A stretch of 64,000 nucleotides of DNA from the human T2T-CHM13v2.0 reference genome, Homo sapiens. The position numbers and the translations under genes are program-made. This document shows positions 60,994-64,000 of this stretch, piece by piece; the stretch's first letter is position 1; the number at the start of each line of letters is the position of its first letter. Below the pieces are notes generated by a model that saw only the letters and a program-made list of their open reading frames with translations, was not told where the DNA came from and searched no databases. The stretch is from NCBI RefSeq assembly GCF_009914755.1, contig NC_060935.1. One strand, 5' to 3'.

Positions 60994-63048
60994 TTGTAAA
61001 AGGGGTTGAGTTCTTGATTTGATTCTTCGCTTGGTTGCTGTTGGTGTACAGAAGAGCTACTGATTTGTGTATATTAATCTTGTATCCAGAAACTTTGCTG
61101 AATTCTTTTATCAGTTCTGGAGCTTTCTGGAGGAGTCTTTAGGATTTTTGAGGTAAACGATCATATCGTCAGCAAACAATGACAGTTTGACTTCTTTCCC
61201 AATTTGTATGCGCTTTATTTCTTTCTCTTGTCTGGTGGCTCTGGCTAGGACTTCAAGTGCTATGTTGAGGAGGAGTGGTAAGAGTACTACAAAAAAGATA
61301 AAATACTTAGGATTATACCTAACCAAGGAGGCAAAAGACCTCTACAAGGAAAACTACAAAACACTGCTGAAAGAAATCATAGATGACACAAACAAATGGA
61401 AACACAACCTGTACTCATTGATGGGTAGAATCAATATTGTGAAAATGGCCATAATGCCAAAAGTAATCTACAAATTCAACACAATCCCCATCAAAATACC
61501 ACCATCATTCTTTACAGAATTAGAAAAAACAGTTCTAAATTCATATTGAACCAAAAAAGAGCCCACATAGTCAAAGCAAGACTAATCAAAAGGAACAAAT
61601 CTGGAGACATCACACTACCTGATTTCAAACTATACTGTAAGGCCATAGTCACCAAAACAGCATGGTACTTATATAAAAATAGGCATATAGACCAATGGAA
61701 CAGAAAAGAAAACCAAAAAGTAAGCCCAAATATTTACAGGCCAACTGATCTTCAAGAAAGCAAACAAAAACATAAAGTGGGGAAATGACATCCTTTTCAA
61801 CAAATGGTGCTGGGAAAATTGGCTAGCCAGAGAGAATGAAATTGGACCCTCATCTCTCACCTTACACAAAAATCAACTCAAGATCAATTAAGGACTTAAA
61901 TATAAGATCTGAAACTGTAAAAATTCTAGAAGATAGCATTGGAAAAACCCTTCTAGACATGGGCTTAGGCAAGGATTTCATGACCAAGAACCCAAAAGCA
62001 AATGCAATAAAAACAAAGATAAAAAGCTGGGGCTTAATTAAACTAAAGATCTTTTGCACTGCAAAAGGAAGAGTCAGCAGAGTAAACACAAAACCCACAG
62101 AGTGGGAGGAAATCTTTGCAAACTATACACCTGACAAAGAACTAATATCCAGAATCTACAATGAGTTCATACAAATCAGCAAGAAAAAAACAAACAATCC
62201 CATCAAAAAGTGGGACATGAATAGACAGTTCTCAAAAGAAGATATACAAATGGCCAAAAAACATATGAAAAAATATGCTCAGCATCACTAATTATCAGAT
62301 AAATGAAAATCAAAACCACAATGTCATATGACCTTATTCTTTCAAGAATGGCCATAATCAAAAGATAACAGTAGATGTTGTTATGGATGTGGTGATCAGA
62401 GAACACTTCTACATTGCTGGTGGGAATGTAAACTAGTACAACCTTTATGGAAAACAGTGTGAGTGTGGAGATTCCTTAAAGAACTAAAAGTAGAACTACC
62501 ATTTGATCCAGCAATCCCACTACTGGGTATCTACCCAAAGGAAAAAAAAAAGTCATTATAAGAAAAAGATACCTGCACACAGATGTTTATAGCAGCACAA
62601 TTCACAATTGCAAAGTCATGGAAGCAACCCAAATGCCAATCAATCAACAAGTGGATAAAGAAACTGTGGTATATATATGCAATGGAATACTACTCAGCCA
62701 TAAAAAGGAATGAGTTAACAACAGCATTTGCAGTGACTTGGATGAGATTGGAGATGCTTATTCTAAGTGAAGTAACTCATGAATGCAAAACCAAACATTG
62801 TATGTTCTCACTGGTATGTGGGAGCTAAACTATGAGCATACAAAGGCATAAGAATGGTACAATGGACTTTGGGGACTTGGCAGGAAGGGTGGGAGAGGGG
62901 TGAGGGATAAAAGACTACAAATAAGGTGCAGTGTATACTGCTCAGGTGATGGGTGCACCAAAATCTCACAAATCACCACTAAAGAACTTACTCATATGAT
63001 CAAACACCATCTGTACCCCAATAACCTATGGAAAATTTAAAGAAAAAG
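60994..63048 (+). mobile_element. L1PB1-like element with twin-priming inversion, nested in older L1
   Basis: Inverted RT piece 60994-61285, sense 61286-63040 with L1PB 3' end; 15-bp TSD aaaactacacaacca 60979-60993 and 63049-63063. Confidence 0.9.
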
Positions 63049-63386
63049 AAAACTACACAACCACATGGAAATTAAAAATCTTACTTCTGAATAACTCCTG
63101 GGTGAACAATGAAATTAAAGAAGAAATAAAAAAATTCTTTGAAATTAATAAAAATAGGGACACAGCTTATCAAAATCTGGGGGATGCAACCAAAATAGTG
63201 TTAAGAAGAAAGATTATAACCCTAAACACCTTCACTAAGAAATCAGAAAGATCTCAAATTAGCAATCTATGCACCTAGGGAGCTAGGAAAAAAAAAAAAA
63301 AAAACCCAAAGCTAGGAAAGCAGAAATAACCAAAAGTAGAGAACTTAATAAAAGTGGCATGCAAAAATCCATACAAAAGATCAATT

Positions 63387-64000
<614 letters not shown>

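Overview
Primate (almost certainly human) genomic DNA from an olfactory receptor cluster, recognisable as the OR8G group (11q24.2). Four tandem, same-strand duplication units each carry a paralogous promoter/5'-UTR exon, a long intron and a single coding exon: OR8G2P (3' frameshift), a heavily degraded pseudogene (probably OR8G7P), intact OR8G1, and ORF-intact OR8G5 (with DRY changed to DGY). Downstream lie a solo ERV-K-type LTR, a decayed retrocopy of the 3' end of SLC5A4/SGLT3 and a nest of L1/Alu elements. No prokaryotic systems, CRISPR arrays or RNA genes are present. Most notable observations: (1) the SLC5A4 retrocopy appears to record an exon-skipped and probably intron-retaining transcript; (2) a ~750 bp TSD-flanked L1-mediated retrocopy of an unknown RNA polyadenylated in a MER21-like LTR sits in the OR8G5 intron; (3) the OR8G coding exons are a gene-conversion mosaic and the middle pseudogene unit looks chimeric; (4) two neighbouring L1PA3-like copies share unusual substitutions; (5) a repeated homeodomain + O/E promoter cassette has decayed specifically in the pseudogene unit. 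Repeat subfamily and gene names come from recognition, not from database searches.
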